Shown here: positions 54,060 to 63,576 of the stretch, one piece after another
Numbering within the stretch: the first letter of the stretch is position 1
Layout: every line of letters starts with the position of its first letter
Translations under genes and position numbers: made by a program
Notes under the pieces: model-generated
Told to the model about the DNA's origin: nothing
Databases searched by the model: none
Seen by the model: the letters and a program-made list of their open reading frames with translations, nothing else
DNA from: an uncultured Pseudomonadales bacterium
GTDB taxonomy: Bacteria; Pseudomonadota; Gammaproteobacteria; Pseudomonadales; UBA7239
Length of the DNA: 64,000 bases
Assembly (NCBI GenBank): GCA_964403125.1
Contig: CAYOEO010000001.1
Span: 1,384-65,383 of the forward strand
Direction of reading: 5' to 3'

Positions 54060-54985
54060 CAGGCGCGCTCAACCGTGGCTTTGCCGAGCAAGCCGGAAGG
54101 CTTCAACACCAACACGGCAACCAGTACAAGGAACGCGAAAACATCTTGGTAATTGCTGCCCAACACGCCTCCGGTGAGATCGCCAATGTAGCCAGCGCCC
54201 AAGCTCTCAATCAATCCCAATAAAAGCCCGCCGACCACTGCGCCAGTGAGGTTGCCGATGCCGCCCAAGACCGCTGCCGAAAAGGCTTTCAAACCCAACA
54301 TAAAGCCCATATAGGGATCGGCTTGCCCATAATTGGCGGCGACTAAAAATCCCGCCAGTGAGCCCAATGCCGAGCCGATGGCGAAAGTGGCAGCGATGAT
54401 GCGATTGATATTGATGCCCATCAACTGCGCCACTTGGCTGTCTTGCGCCGTGGCGCGCATGGCGCGTCCGAGTTGTGTGCGATTGACCAGCAGCCACAGC
54501 CCAAGCAACACCACGGCGGATACCAGAACGATGGCGACTTTAGTGGGAGTCAAACTGGCATAAGCAAAGGTGAAAGATTGCGAGGGCAAAATGTCAGGGA
54601 AGCGTTGATAACCGCGCCCCCAAATCATCATCGCCACGTTTTGCAAAATGATGGAGACGCCAATTGCGGTGATGAGCGGCGCAAGGCGCGGGGCATTGCG
54701 CAGCGGGCGGTAGGCAATGCGCTCAATACTCATGCCTAGCAGCATACAGGTGGGAATGGTGATAAAGAGCGCGAGCGTGATGCACAGTATTGGCGGCAAG
54801 CCGAAAACATTCATCAACACATTGAGCAGCGTGATGGAAATCATCGCACTCATCATAGTGACTTCGCCGTGGGCGAAGTTGATCAAGCCGAGAATGCCGT
54901 AAACCATGGTGTAGCCGAGAGCAATCAAGGCGTAAACGCTGCCCAAAATAATGCCGTTCGCCAACTGTTGTGCGAGGATTTCCAT
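54059..54985 (-). CDS. livH: branched-chain amino acid ABC transporter permease (LivH type)
   Basis: 308 aa. QQLANGIILGSVYALIALGYTMVYG is a typical LivH N-terminus. Confidence 0.85.
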   Translation of the reverse strand: MEILAQQLANGIILGSVYALIALGYTMVYGILGLINFAHGEVTMMSAMISITLLNVLMNVFGLPPILCITLALFITIPTCMLLGMSIERIAYRPLRNAPRLAPLITAIGVSIILQNVAMMIWGRGYQRFPDILPSQSFTFAYASLTPTKVAIVLVSAVVLLGLWLLVNRTQLGRAMRATAQDSQVAQLMGININRIIAATFAIGSALGSLAGFLVAANYGQADPYMGFMLGLKAFSAAVLGGIGNLTGAVVGGLLLGLIESLGAGYIGDLTGGVLGSNYQDVFAFLVLVAVLVLKPSGLLGKATVERA

Positions 54986-55002
54986 AGTGGAGGCAGAGGC
55001 GC

Positions 55003-56184
55003 TTACTGGTCGCTAGCGGTTTGCAGGAATTGCCACTGACCGTTGTGGACTTGATAGATAGACACTGGGCTGTTGAGTAAATCGCCCTTGGCATCAAAGC
55101 GAATGTTGGAGGTCAGTCCTGCGTATTCCATTTTTGCCAACACCGGTTGGTATTTGGCGGGGTCAATGCTGCCGGCTTCTTGCATCGCCTTTGCCATCAT
55201 GTTCATGGCATCGTAAACATAAGGTGCATAAAGCTGAATCACGCCGTATTTGGCTTCAAATTTTTGCTTGAACTCCGGGCCGCCTTTCATTTTGGCTAAT
55301 GGCACACCAGGGAGAGAACCGATTACGCCTTCCGCATCATTGCCTGCTAATTTTAGAAACTCAGCGGTATACACGCCATCGCCACCCATAAAAGGCAGGG
55401 TGATGCCCAGCGCGCGCATTTGTTTCACCATCGGAGCGCCTTGTGCGTCCATGCCGCCGAAGAACAGCAGTTGTGCGTCTGAGCCTTTGATGCTGGTGAG
55501 AATAGCGTTGAAGTCAGTGGATTTATCCGTGGTGAATTCGTGCTTAACAATGGTTGCGCCCAGAGATTCTGCCGTCTTGGCGAATACATCTGCCAGACCT
55601 TGCCCGTAAGCCGTGCGGTCATCAATGATGGCCAGCTTCTTCATTCCTAATGTGTTCACTGCATAGCGCGCCAACTGCTTGCCTTGCTGGCTGTCGTTTG
55701 CCATCACACGAAATGCGCCAGAGAAACCTTGCTCTGTGTAAGCAGTGGCGGTAGCTGAAGGGGAAATTTGCACCAAACCGGCATCGTGGTAAATCTTCGA
55801 AGCGGGGATAGATGTGCCGGAATTGAGATGCCCAATAACGCCGCTAACGCCCGCATCCACCAAGTTTTGTGCAACCTGCGTGGCGGTGCGTGGATCAGCC
55901 ATGTCATCCTCTGAAATGAGCTCAAAGTGTGCTGTTTTGTCGCCAATTTGCACTTTTTCGCTGTTGAGTTCGTCTATCGCCAAGCGAATGGCGTTTTCAT
56001 TGTCTTTGCCGAGGTGCGCCTGCGGGCCGGTCAGCGGCGCGGCGTGACCAATCCGCACATTGATTGTGTTGCTGCTTGAGCTGTTGTCAGCAGGAGTTGA
56101 AGACGTAGTAGAGGGTTTGCCACAACCGGCAAGCAATGCCGCAGAAACGAGGAGGGTGCAGGCGGCAACGGTCGGGAAGCGCAT
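55003..56184 (-). CDS. branched-chain amino acid (type I periplasmic binding fold) substrate-binding lipoprotein
   Basis: 393 aa. Lipobox LLAGC. IRIGHAAPLTGPQAHLGKD is typical of LivJ/LivK-like binding proteins. Ligand not assignable. Confidence 0.8.
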   Translation of the reverse strand: MRFPTVAACTLLVSAALLAGCGKPSTTSSTPADNSSSSNTINVRIGHAAPLTGPQAHLGKDNENAIRLAIDELNSEKVQIGDKTAHFELISEDDMADPRTATQVAQNLVDAGVSGVIGHLNSGTSIPASKIYHDAGLVQISPSATATAYTEQGFSGAFRVMANDSQQGKQLARYAVNTLGMKKLAIIDDRTAYGQGLADVFAKTAESLGATIVKHEFTTDKSTDFNAILTSIKGSDAQLLFFGGMDAQGAPMVKQMRALGITLPFMGGDGVYTAEFLKLAGNDAEGVIGSLPGVPLAKMKGGPEFKQKFEAKYGVIQLYAPYVYDAMNMMAKAMQEAGSIDPAKYQPVLAKMEYAGLTSNIRFDAKGDLLNSPVSIYQVHNGQWQFLQTASDQ

Positions 56185-56342
56185 GAGAAAAGTCCTTGAT
56201 TTTCAAGATGCGGGATTATCCTTACAGGCTACTAGCAATGTCAAAGCATTACGTTGAGCGAAATGAAACGGCAATTACCACAGCCCCAAAACTACGATAT
56301 TTGCAAGTATTTACAGTCTTTCCTTTTGAAAAAAAATACGGG

Positions 56343-56348
56343 TAGAAT
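56343..56348 (+). promoter_or_regulatory. possible -10 element (TAGAAT + GC discriminator) for acpP
   Basis: ggTAGAATGCCCAC lies 76 nt upstream of the acpP ATG. No good -35 found. Confidence 0.35.
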
Positions 56349-56423
56349 GCCCACTCGAAATCGGCACCCCCAATAAAAAGGACAGTGCGGATCTTGATAA
56401 ACCCTACGGAGCAAACTAGAACC

Positions 56424-56660
56424 ATGAGCAGCATTGAAGAACGCGTTAAGAAAATCGTTGCAGAGCAACTCGGTGTTAAAGAAGAAGATGTTAAAAACGA
56501 AGCCTCTTTCGTAGAAGATCTGGGCGCAGATTCTCTGGACACTGTTGAGCTCGTCATGGCACTGGAAGAAGAGTTTGATACTGAGATCCCAGACGAAGAA
56601 GCTGAAAAAATCACTACTGTCCAGTTGGCGATTGACTACGTCAATACCCATCTGAAGTGA
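56424..56660 (+). CDS. acpP: acyl carrier protein
   Basis: Track ORF trimmed to Met14. [51 protein letters not shown] carries the DSLD phosphopantetheine site. 78 aa. Confidence 0.95.
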   Translation: MSSIEERVKKIVAEQLGVKEEDVKNEASFVEDLGADSLDTVELVMALEEEFDTEIPDEEAEKITTVQLAIDYVNTHLK

Positions 56661-56702
56661 GACTGAACCGCTACAGCGGTTCACTCAATCCGTTATAAAT
56701 TG

Positions 56703-56738
56703 AAAAGCCGTTACTTTGCAGTGCGGCTTTTCTTTTTG
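56703..56738 (+). terminator. rho-independent terminator/attenuator between acpP and fabF
   Basis: AAAGCCG-N13-CGGCTTT followed by TCTTTTT. A second hairpin, TGAACCGC-taca-GCGGTTCA (56664-56683), has no T-run. Confidence 0.6.
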
Positions 56739-56765
56739 GTCAAAGCATAACGAAGGAGTTAAGGC

Positions 56766-58004
56766 GTGTTAGGCAGAAGAGTTGTGGTTACAGGTCTGGG
56801 GATGGTTACGCCATTGGGCAATACCGTCGCTCGTACATGGGAAGGTGTATTGGCAGCGAAAAGTGGTATCGCGCCGATTGAACACTTTGATGCTGCGCCG
56901 TTCACTACACAATTTGCCGGTAATATTCGTGGTTTGGATATTGAGCAATACATGCCTTTGAAAGATGCACGCAAAATGGATGCGTTTATTCAGTACGGTT
57001 TGATCGCCAGCATTCAAGCCGTGGAAGACAGCGGTTTTGTAGTAACCGAAGAAAATGCCGATCGCTGCGGTTCTGCGATTGGTTCTGGCATCGGCGGTAT
57101 CGGCGCGATTGAAGAAAATCGTGATTTGATCAACACCAAAGGTCCGCGTCGTATTTCTCCGTTTTTTGTGCCGGGCAGCATCATCAATATGGTCGCTGGT
57201 AATTTGGCGATCAAATACGGTTTGCGCGGTCCTAACATTGCCGTGACCACGGCCTGCACAACGGGCACACACAACATTGGTTTGGCTGCGCGCATGATTG
57301 CATTGGGTGAAGCCGACATGATGGTCGCCGGAGGCGCAGAAATGGCGTGTACACCCGTTGGTTTAGGTGGATTCGCCGCCGCACGCGCGCTGTCGACACG
57401 CAATGACAATCCAGCAGCGGCGAGCCGTCCTTGGGATAAAGATCGCGATGGTTTTGTGCTCGCCGACGGCGCAGGCATTGTTGTCTTGGAAGAATACGAA
57501 AGCGCAAAACAGCGCGGCGCAAAAATTTATGCCGAGCTATGCGGTTTTGGCATGAGTGATGATGCCTACCACATGACATCACCACCAGAGGATGGCAACG
57601 GCGCAGCGCGTTCAATGATGAATGCTTTGCGTGATGCAAAAATTAACGCAGCGGATTTGCAATATATCAATGCACATGGCACTTCCACTCCAGCGGGCGA
57701 CATCGCTGAATGTCGTGCAGTGAAAAGTGTGATGGGCAACGCCGCTGCGCAAGTGGCCGTGAGTTCAACCAAATCCATGACCGGACATTTGTTGGGCGCA
57801 GCAGGCGCGATTGAAGCCATTTTTTCTGTGTTGGCGATTCGCGATCAAGTCGCACCACCGACGATCAATTTAGATAATCCCGATGAAGGCTGCGATTTGA
57901 ATTTCGTGCCGCATCAACCACAAGCCATGGCGATTCGCTACGCGATGTCGAACTCGTTTGGTTTTGGCGGCACCAACGGCACACTGCTGTTCGGAAAACT
58001 CTGA
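56766..58004 (+). CDS. fabF: 3-oxoacyl-ACP synthase II
   Basis: 412 aa, GTG start. [15 protein letters not shown]-terminus, active-site ACTTG Cys, HGTSTPAGD and SFGFGGTN. Confidence 0.9.
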   Translation: MLGRRVVVTGLGMVTPLGNTVARTWEGVLAAKSGIAPIEHFDAAPFTTQFAGNIRGLDIEQYMPLKDARKMDAFIQYGLIASIQAVEDSGFVVTEENADRCGSAIGSGIGGIGAIEENRDLINTKGPRRISPFFVPGSIINMVAGNLAIKYGLRGPNIAVTTACTTGTHNIGLAARMIALGEADMMVAGGAEMACTPVGLGGFAAARALSTRNDNPAAASRPWDKDRDGFVLADGAGIVVLEEYESAKQRGAKIYAELCGFGMSDDAYHMTSPPEDGNGAARSMMNALRDAKINAADLQYINAHGTSTPAGDIAECRAVKSVMGNAAAQVAVSSTKSMTGHLLGAAGAIEAIFSVLAIRDQVAPPTINLDNPDEGCDLNFVPHQPQAMAIRYAMSNSFGFGGTNGTLLFGKL

Positions 58005-58014
58005 CGCGTAGCGT

Positions 58015-58836
58015 ATGACCACCGTGCATACAGTGGCTATTCCTCAAGATTGGGAGCGCGCTGTTGCCTACGGTGACGGTTTTTTTGAATCCATCTTTGT
58101 TGTCGATGGCAAAGCACCGCTGTGGGCTTTTCATCGTGCGCGATTGATTGATACAGCAGGGCGTTTACACATACGCTGCGATATCAACGCAATCGAAAAA
58201 GCCTTTGAAAATTGTGCAGCGCAACAAATTTTAGCCGTTATCAAAATTATCGTGGCACGAACAAGTGGGCAACGCGGATACGCTTCTGCCAACACGAATT
58301 GCTCACTCAGTATCAAAGCTTATCCAGCACCACAATTTTCTCAGCAACGCATAGCGCATGGTCTACGTTTGCAGTTGTGTAGGCAGCGCCTGTCACACAA
58401 TCCTGCGTTGGCCGGCATCAAACATCTCAATCGCTTAGAGCAGGTGTTGGCAGCCGATGAACTCAACAAGGCACTTTATGACGAAGGCTTGATGTTGGAT
58501 GTACATGGCAGTGTGATTGAAGGTATCAGCAGTAATCTGTTTATTCTGCAAAAAAATACATTAGTAACGCCGAGCTTAAAAAACTGTGGTGTTGCGGGCG
58601 TGATGCGTGCTTTTGTTTTGCAAAAACTGGCAACAGAAATGGGCATTGCTGTGGAAGAAACGCGCCTGACCTTGCAAGATTGCATCAATGCAGGCGGCAT
58701 ATTTATCTGCAATAGCGTAATGGGCGTGCTGCCTGTGCAATCCATTGGTGTAAGTCCTGTTGTGCAACATACAGAAACTACAGTAAGAATTTGGCAAACA
58801 CTTTCTTCGCTAGGTTATGCGAGGTTGTATGTCTAA
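58015..58836 (+). CDS. pabC: aminodeoxychorismate lyase (fold-type IV PLP enzyme)
   Basis: 273 aa. Class IV aminotransferase-like (AYGDGFFES, GIKHLNRLEQV). Conserved position after fabF. Confidence 0.75.
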   Translation: MTTVHTVAIPQDWERAVAYGDGFFESIFVVDGKAPLWAFHRARLIDTAGRLHIRCDINAIEKAFENCAAQQILAVIKIIVARTSGQRGYASANTNCSLSIKAYPAPQFSQQRIAHGLRLQLCRQRLSHNPALAGIKHLNRLEQVLAADELNKALYDEGLMLDVHGSVIEGISSNLFILQKNTLVTPSLKNCGVAGVMRAFVLQKLATEMGIAVEETRLTLQDCINAGGIFICNSVMGVLPVQSIGVSPVVQHTETTVRIWQTLSSLGYARLYV

Positions 58837-59905
58837 GTTCACGTCACGCTACGTTATTCAAACCTTTACTTTTATTTGTTTGATGACTGTGTTGTACGGC
58901 ATATGGGAAGTGAATCGCACTCTGTATCGCCCCATTGTATTGAGTGATACATCACAAACCGTTTTAGTTGGGCAAGGTGAGACTTTAACCAGTGTGGTGA
59001 ATCGTTTAGCTGCTGAGGGTGTTGTGCGGCATCCCCATTGGTTGTTGCTCTACGCACGCTGGAAAAATCAAACGCATATCCGCGCAGGTGAATACGAGTT
59101 GCAACAAGGCATCACTGGCGAAACTTTGTTGAAAAAATTAGCCTCTGGGAAAGTGATTCAATATCAAGTTACTTTTGTTGAAGGAAATACCTTTTTAGAT
59201 ACGATGAAACTGTTGACGAGTCAAAAAAAATTGATTGATGATGTCGCCAGCCTCAGTGATGAGAATTACAAAAAACTGTTGGGTTTTGAGCGCAAACAAA
59301 CAGAAGGCTCGTTGTTTCCTGATACATACAGTTATGTCAGTGGTATGAAAATATCAGATGTTTTGCGCGTTGCTCATAATCGTATGAATTCCATACTGGA
59401 TGAAGAGTGGAAAAAACGCGAACAAAATCTTCCCTATAAAACACCGTATGAAGCTTTAATTATGGCTAGCATCATTGAAAAAGAAACAGGGGTCGCAGCC
59501 GAGAGAAAGCAAATTGCCGGTGTTTTTGTGCGGAGATTACAAAAAGGAATGAAGCTGCAAACAGACCCGACCGTTATTTACGGATTAGGATCAACGTATG
59601 ATGGCAACTTGAAGCGCAGTCAGCTAAAAGAATATTCACCGTGGAATACTTATGTGATTGATGGCCTACCGCCAACACCCATTGCTATGCCAGGGCGAGC
59701 CTCTATCAATGCGGCTTTGCATCCTGCCGATGGCAGCACGCTGTTTTTTGTGGCGCGTGGCGATGGCGCGCACACTTTTTCAGAAACTTTAGAGCAACAT
59801 CAAAACGCCATTAATGAATATCAGTTGCGTCGAAAAAGTAATTATCAATCTGCGCCGCCAGTGCCAGAGACAGCAGAAACGCCACGTACGGAAGCCAAGC
59901 CATGA
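58829..59905 (+). CDS. mltG: endolytic murein transglycosylase MltG (YceG)
   Basis: N-terminal TM. YceG-like segments ([33 protein letters not shown]...GLPP.PI). The start is 58829 or 58817; both overlap the pabC end. Confidence 0.85.
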   Translation: MSKFTSRYVIQTFTFICLMTVLYGIWEVNRTLYRPIVLSDTSQTVLVGQGETLTSVVNRLAAEGVVRHPHWLLLYARWKNQTHIRAGEYELQQGITGETLLKKLASGKVIQYQVTFVEGNTFLDTMKLLTSQKKLIDDVASLSDENYKKLLGFERKQTEGSLFPDTYSYVSGMKISDVLRVAHNRMNSILDEEWKKREQNLPYKTPYEALIMASIIEKETGVAAERKQIAGVFVRRLQKGMKLQTDPTVIYGLGSTYDGNLKRSQLKEYSPWNTYVIDGLPPTPIAMPGRASINAALHPADGSTLFFVARGDGAHTFSETLEQHQNAINEYQLRRKSNYQSAPPVPETAETPRTEAKP

Positions 59906-60546
59906 GTCATCGACAAGGAAAATTTATTACAGTGGAAGGTGGTGAGGGCGTAGGTAAATCAACCAACATCCATTGCATAGAAAATTTTTTGCGTGCGCAA
60001 TCCATACCCTTCATTAAAACGCGCGAGCCGGGCGGCACTCCGTTGGCGGAGGAATTGCGCCAATTATTGTTGTCTCTTCGTGATGAAATAGTTTGTGAAA
60101 AAACCGAACTGCTGTTGATGTTCGCAGCGCGCGCGCAACATTTACAACAGGTCATTTTGCCTGCCTTACAGCGTGGTGAGTGGGTGCTGTGTGATCGCTT
60201 TACTGATGCCACTTATGCCTACCAAGGTGGCGGACGCAAATTGTCTACCGAAACTATTTCTATTTTAGAAAAGCTGGTGCAAGACGCGTTGCAACCTGAT
60301 TTAACCCTGCTGTTGGATGTGGATGTCAGCACCGGCATGGCGCGTTTGGGTAATCGTGATCACATTGATCGCTTTGAACGCGAACAACACACTTTTTTTG
60401 AAGCTGTGCGCGCCATGTATCATCAACGCGCACAGCAGTTTCCTGAACGCTTTCGCATTATTGATGCAGGGCAACCATTAGAGCGAGTGCAAGAAAATAT
60501 CATGCGCTGTTTGCAAGATTTTATTGCGGAGCAAATGGCGCAATGA
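59902..60546 (+). CDS. tmk: thymidylate kinase
   Basis: 214 aa. [15 protein letters not shown]-loop and [17 protein letters not shown] overlap with mltG. Confidence 0.9.
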   Translation: MSHRQGKFITVEGGEGVGKSTNIHCIENFLRAQSIPFIKTREPGGTPLAEELRQLLLSLRDEIVCEKTELLLMFAARAQHLQQVILPALQRGEWVLCDRFTDATYAYQGGGRKLSTETISILEKLVQDALQPDLTLLLDVDVSTGMARLGNRDHIDRFEREQHTFFEAVRAMYHQRAQQFPERFRIIDAGQPLERVQENIMRCLQDFIAEQMAQ

Positions 60547-61529
60547 ACGAAAATCATGTCATGGTGTTAACGCCACTGCCTTGGCAAGCCCCTCTCTGGG
60601 ATCAGTTGGTTGAGAGGGATGCACAGCAGCGTTTACCACACGCACTGTTGTTGCACGGCACAGCAGGTATAGGCAAAGGGCGTTTGGCAAGATTATTGGC
60701 GTTGTCTTTGCTGTGTGAAAAACCGCAACAACATTTACCTTGCGGCAACTGTTATGCCTGCCAAATGTTCGCTGCAGGATCGCATCCAGATTTTTTTCTG
60801 GCAGATAATCATTACGGACTCGATAAAAATGAAGACGATGATGAGCCTAAAAAATCGAAAGCTAAAAAAACGGCTGTGCCAAGCAAACAAATCAAAATTG
60901 ATTGCATACGCAATTTAATTCAATTCGGCGCACAAACTGCGCATCAAAACGGCAAACGTGTTGCGTTGATTGAACCAGCAGAGTGGATGAACCACAACGC
61001 TGCTAATGCGCTGCTGAAGACATTGGAAGAGCCGGGCGATGGCATGCACATCATTCTCGTTTCGCATCAACCTTCACGTTTGTTGCCAACCTTGCGCAGT
61101 CGCTGCCAAGCTCTGTTTTGTGCAACACCGGATGCCATGCAGTCATTAACTTGGTTACAGCAGCAACACATCAGCAAAGAGCGCGCAGAAGCCGTGTTAG
61201 CTTTTACGCATCAGGCACCACTCAAAGCATTGGATGCAGCCAATGAGCAGCACGATGTATTGCACAAAGAGGTGATGGAAGTGCTGGAAGCCAGTCGCAA
61301 CGGCACAATCAATTATTTAGCTGCCGCTGAAACTTTGGTCAAACACGATGCCACCACTATTTTAGATTGGTGGTTGACACTAGTGCATCAGAAAATGCGC
61401 AGAAATCCTCGTGCTGCATCGGTAAAATTTTATGATTCTTTACTGTCAGCACGACGCAAAGTGCTAGGCACAGCGAACCCCAATGCGCGTATGGTGTTTG
61501 AAACCTTGCTCATTGAATGGATGCAATAA
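60543..61529 (+). CDS. holB: DNA polymerase III delta-prime subunit
   Basis: 328 aa. [15 protein letters not shown], a Zn-module-like [18 protein letters not shown] and [11 protein letters not shown] overlap with tmk. Confidence 0.85.
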   Translation: MNENHVMVLTPLPWQAPLWDQLVERDAQQRLPHALLLHGTAGIGKGRLARLLALSLLCEKPQQHLPCGNCYACQMFAAGSHPDFFLADNHYGLDKNEDDDEPKKSKAKKTAVPSKQIKIDCIRNLIQFGAQTAHQNGKRVALIEPAEWMNHNAANALLKTLEEPGDGMHIILVSHQPSRLLPTLRSRCQALFCATPDAMQSLTWLQQQHISKERAEAVLAFTHQAPLKALDAANEQHDVLHKEVMEVLEASRNGTINYLAAAETLVKHDATTILDWWLTLVHQKMRRNPRAASVKFYDSLLSARRKVLGTANPNARMVFETLLIEWMQ

Positions 61530-61548
61530 TTTAATTGGTAGGTGAAGT

Positions 61549-63468
61549 ATGAAAAGACCCGTTTGGTTATTCAGTATGGACAGCGAGCGTTTTTCCGCCG
61601 CACCGATGACAACAGGCGGTTTGAAAGCCTGCTTTCAAAAATACGGTAAGACAGCAGAAAGCACTGATATCGAATTGGTGCATTTTTTGGTGCGCGAAAA
61701 TATTGAGCCATGGTTTCAAGAGCAGTGGTTAAAGCAGAGTTTGCCGCTGGCAGAACAAGCACTCTCACAAGGCTTGCAGCCGGTTGTAGGCTTCAGTGTT
61801 TACACGTGGAATGCTGCGGAGTTCATTGATCTCATCAAACGCATACGCCAAAGCTGCCCAGCTATTTGGATCATTCTCGGCGGTCCGCACGTGCAACAAG
61901 TGGAAGATTATTTGTTAATTGATCCTGTCGATGCCGTTGCTATGGGAGAGGGCGAGTTTACTTTTGTTGAATGGTTGGACAATGCGCATCTCAAAAATTG
62001 GCGCAGCATTGACGGTTTGGCTTTTGTCGAAGATGGCGCGATTGTAAAAAATACTACGCGTGCGCGCACGACCGATCTCTCTGTTTTCCCTTCAGCTTTG
62101 GAGGTGATTCCTTTAACAGATAATGAAGGAAAACCGTTGTATGAATCCGTCGCCTATGAAACCAGTCGCGGTTGTCCGTTCAAATGCTCGTTCTGTGAGT
62201 GGGGTACGGGTATGTTAGGAACCAAGATTTATCAGTTTCCGTTAGAGCGCACGCACAGCGATTGGGAAAAAATTGTCAACGCAGGTATTGCCAATATCTG
62301 GCTCGCGGATTCCAACTTTGGCGCGCTGAAAGAAGATATCGAAAAAACACGCATTGTTTGCGATTTAAAAGACAAAACAGGGTTGCCATCGACTTTTGCG
62401 ACTTCGTGGTCAAAAAAACACAACCCGCGCGTGCAAGAAATTGTGTTGATGCTCAATCAACACGGTTTGTTGCCGCATTATCAATTGGCCTTGCAAACGC
62501 TGACGCCGTTGGCGCTGGAATTATCCAATCGCAAAAATATGGCGGCGAATGAATACGAGCCGATTGCCAAAGCGATGGCAGAGGCGGGAGTGCCCATTGC
62601 GGCAGAATTAATTTGGGGATTGCCCGGCGATAATTTGGCGGATTTTGAGCACAATCTCGACAAACTGATTGCCACTTTTCCCAATGTAAATATTTTTACT
62701 TACAACTTACTCCCTGGCACCGAATTTTACGAAAAGCGTTTTGAGTATCAGATCGAAACTGTGCCGGTTGCCGGTTATGGTCGCGCCAAAGGTGAATATG
62801 TTATCGGGTGTCACACTTTTAATGTGGAAGAAGGCTTAGAAGGTTATTTCTTGATTGCCGCACACATGGTGTTAGTGCATGGCACGTTATTGCCGTTTAC
62901 GATTCGCTATTTGGCCTTGGAAGCTAGTATTCCTGCGTCGCCATTGATGCGTGCCATTTTGAAACATTTGCTCAAACATTTTGGTCATATCATCACCACG
63001 TCGCCCGTTAATGCATTAACAGTGCATGAAAAACTGAAAATCTATGAAAATCGCGCCGAGTTGTATGTGGCTCTGTTCGACGACATTGATTACAGCTTTT
63101 CATTGATTCGAGAAGCAATTAAAGAATGGCTGGTTGAGCACGGCGCAACCAACACATTGCATCAGCGCGTGGATGCAATGCTGGCGTTGGATAAAGCCTT
63201 GTGCCCGCGCAAAGGCAATCCGTCAACCGAGGTGCATCATTTTGACTGCGATGCACCCTACATCATTCAAGCACTAGAGGCGATGGATTTGCCACCCGCG
63301 TCTGCCTTCGCGGGGGACAGCTCTCTCACCGTGAGATACCCCGGTGGTGTAGGCACCGTTTTGAAAGACCCTGACGGTGGTAGTTGGATGCGCGGTGACT
63401 GGTCGATTGCAGCGGTTGCGCCGGTGCATTTTCAAGATGCGACTGCTGCGCCTACGCCATTAAGTTAG
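61549..63468 (+). CDS. B12-binding-domain radical SAM protein
   Basis: 639 aa. N-terminal cobalamin-binding-like Rossmann region (VGFSVYTWN...IILGGPH), then YETSRGCPFKCSFCEWG (CX3CX2C). The C-terminal roughly 250 aa are unassigned. It starts 19 nt after holB, preceded by GGTAGGTGAAG. Confidence 0.75.
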   Translation: MKRPVWLFSMDSERFSAAPMTTGGLKACFQKYGKTAESTDIELVHFLVRENIEPWFQEQWLKQSLPLAEQALSQGLQPVVGFSVYTWNAAEFIDLIKRIRQSCPAIWIILGGPHVQQVEDYLLIDPVDAVAMGEGEFTFVEWLDNAHLKNWRSIDGLAFVEDGAIVKNTTRARTTDLSVFPSALEVIPLTDNEGKPLYESVAYETSRGCPFKCSFCEWGTGMLGTKIYQFPLERTHSDWEKIVNAGIANIWLADSNFGALKEDIEKTRIVCDLKDKTGLPSTFATSWSKKHNPRVQEIVLMLNQHGLLPHYQLALQTLTPLALELSNRKNMAANEYEPIAKAMAEAGVPIAAELIWGLPGDNLADFEHNLDKLIATFPNVNIFTYNLLPGTEFYEKRFEYQIETVPVAGYGRAKGEYVIGCHTFNVEEGLEGYFLIAAHMVLVHGTLLPFTIRYLALEASIPASPLMRAILKHLLKHFGHIITTSPVNALTVHEKLKIYENRAELYVALFDDIDYSFSLIREAIKEWLVEHGATNTLHQRVDAMLALDKALCPRKGNPSTEVHHFDCDAPYIIQALEAMDLPPASAFAGDSSLTVRYPGGVGTVLKDPDGGSWMRGDWSIAAVAPVHFQDATAAPTPLS

Positions 63469-63576
63469 ACGGTGTTAAGTTAGTCGGCTATTGCCAGTCG
63501 TCAATCTGACCAGCACAATGCCCTGAGTATCAAAGCAACACACTCCAGAACAACCCATAACAGGTGACCCATCGCC

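Noticed and set aside
53690-54072. Arg/Pro-rich ORFs on both strands at the livM/livH junction
   Set aside because: They are out-of-frame readings of GC-rich permease codons. The permease frames are continuous and typical.
36195-56423. Calling the 20-kb block between fabG and acpP a genomic island or mobile element
   Set aside because: No integrase, transposase, phage, conjugation or tRNA gene was seen, and no flanking direct repeats. The cargo is mostly core metabolism. I report it only as a synteny break.
56249-56684. Minus-strand ORFs of 121 and 130 aa overlapping acpP
   Set aside because: They are antisense to a near-perfect acyl carrier protein, with Ser/Phe-rich nonsense composition.
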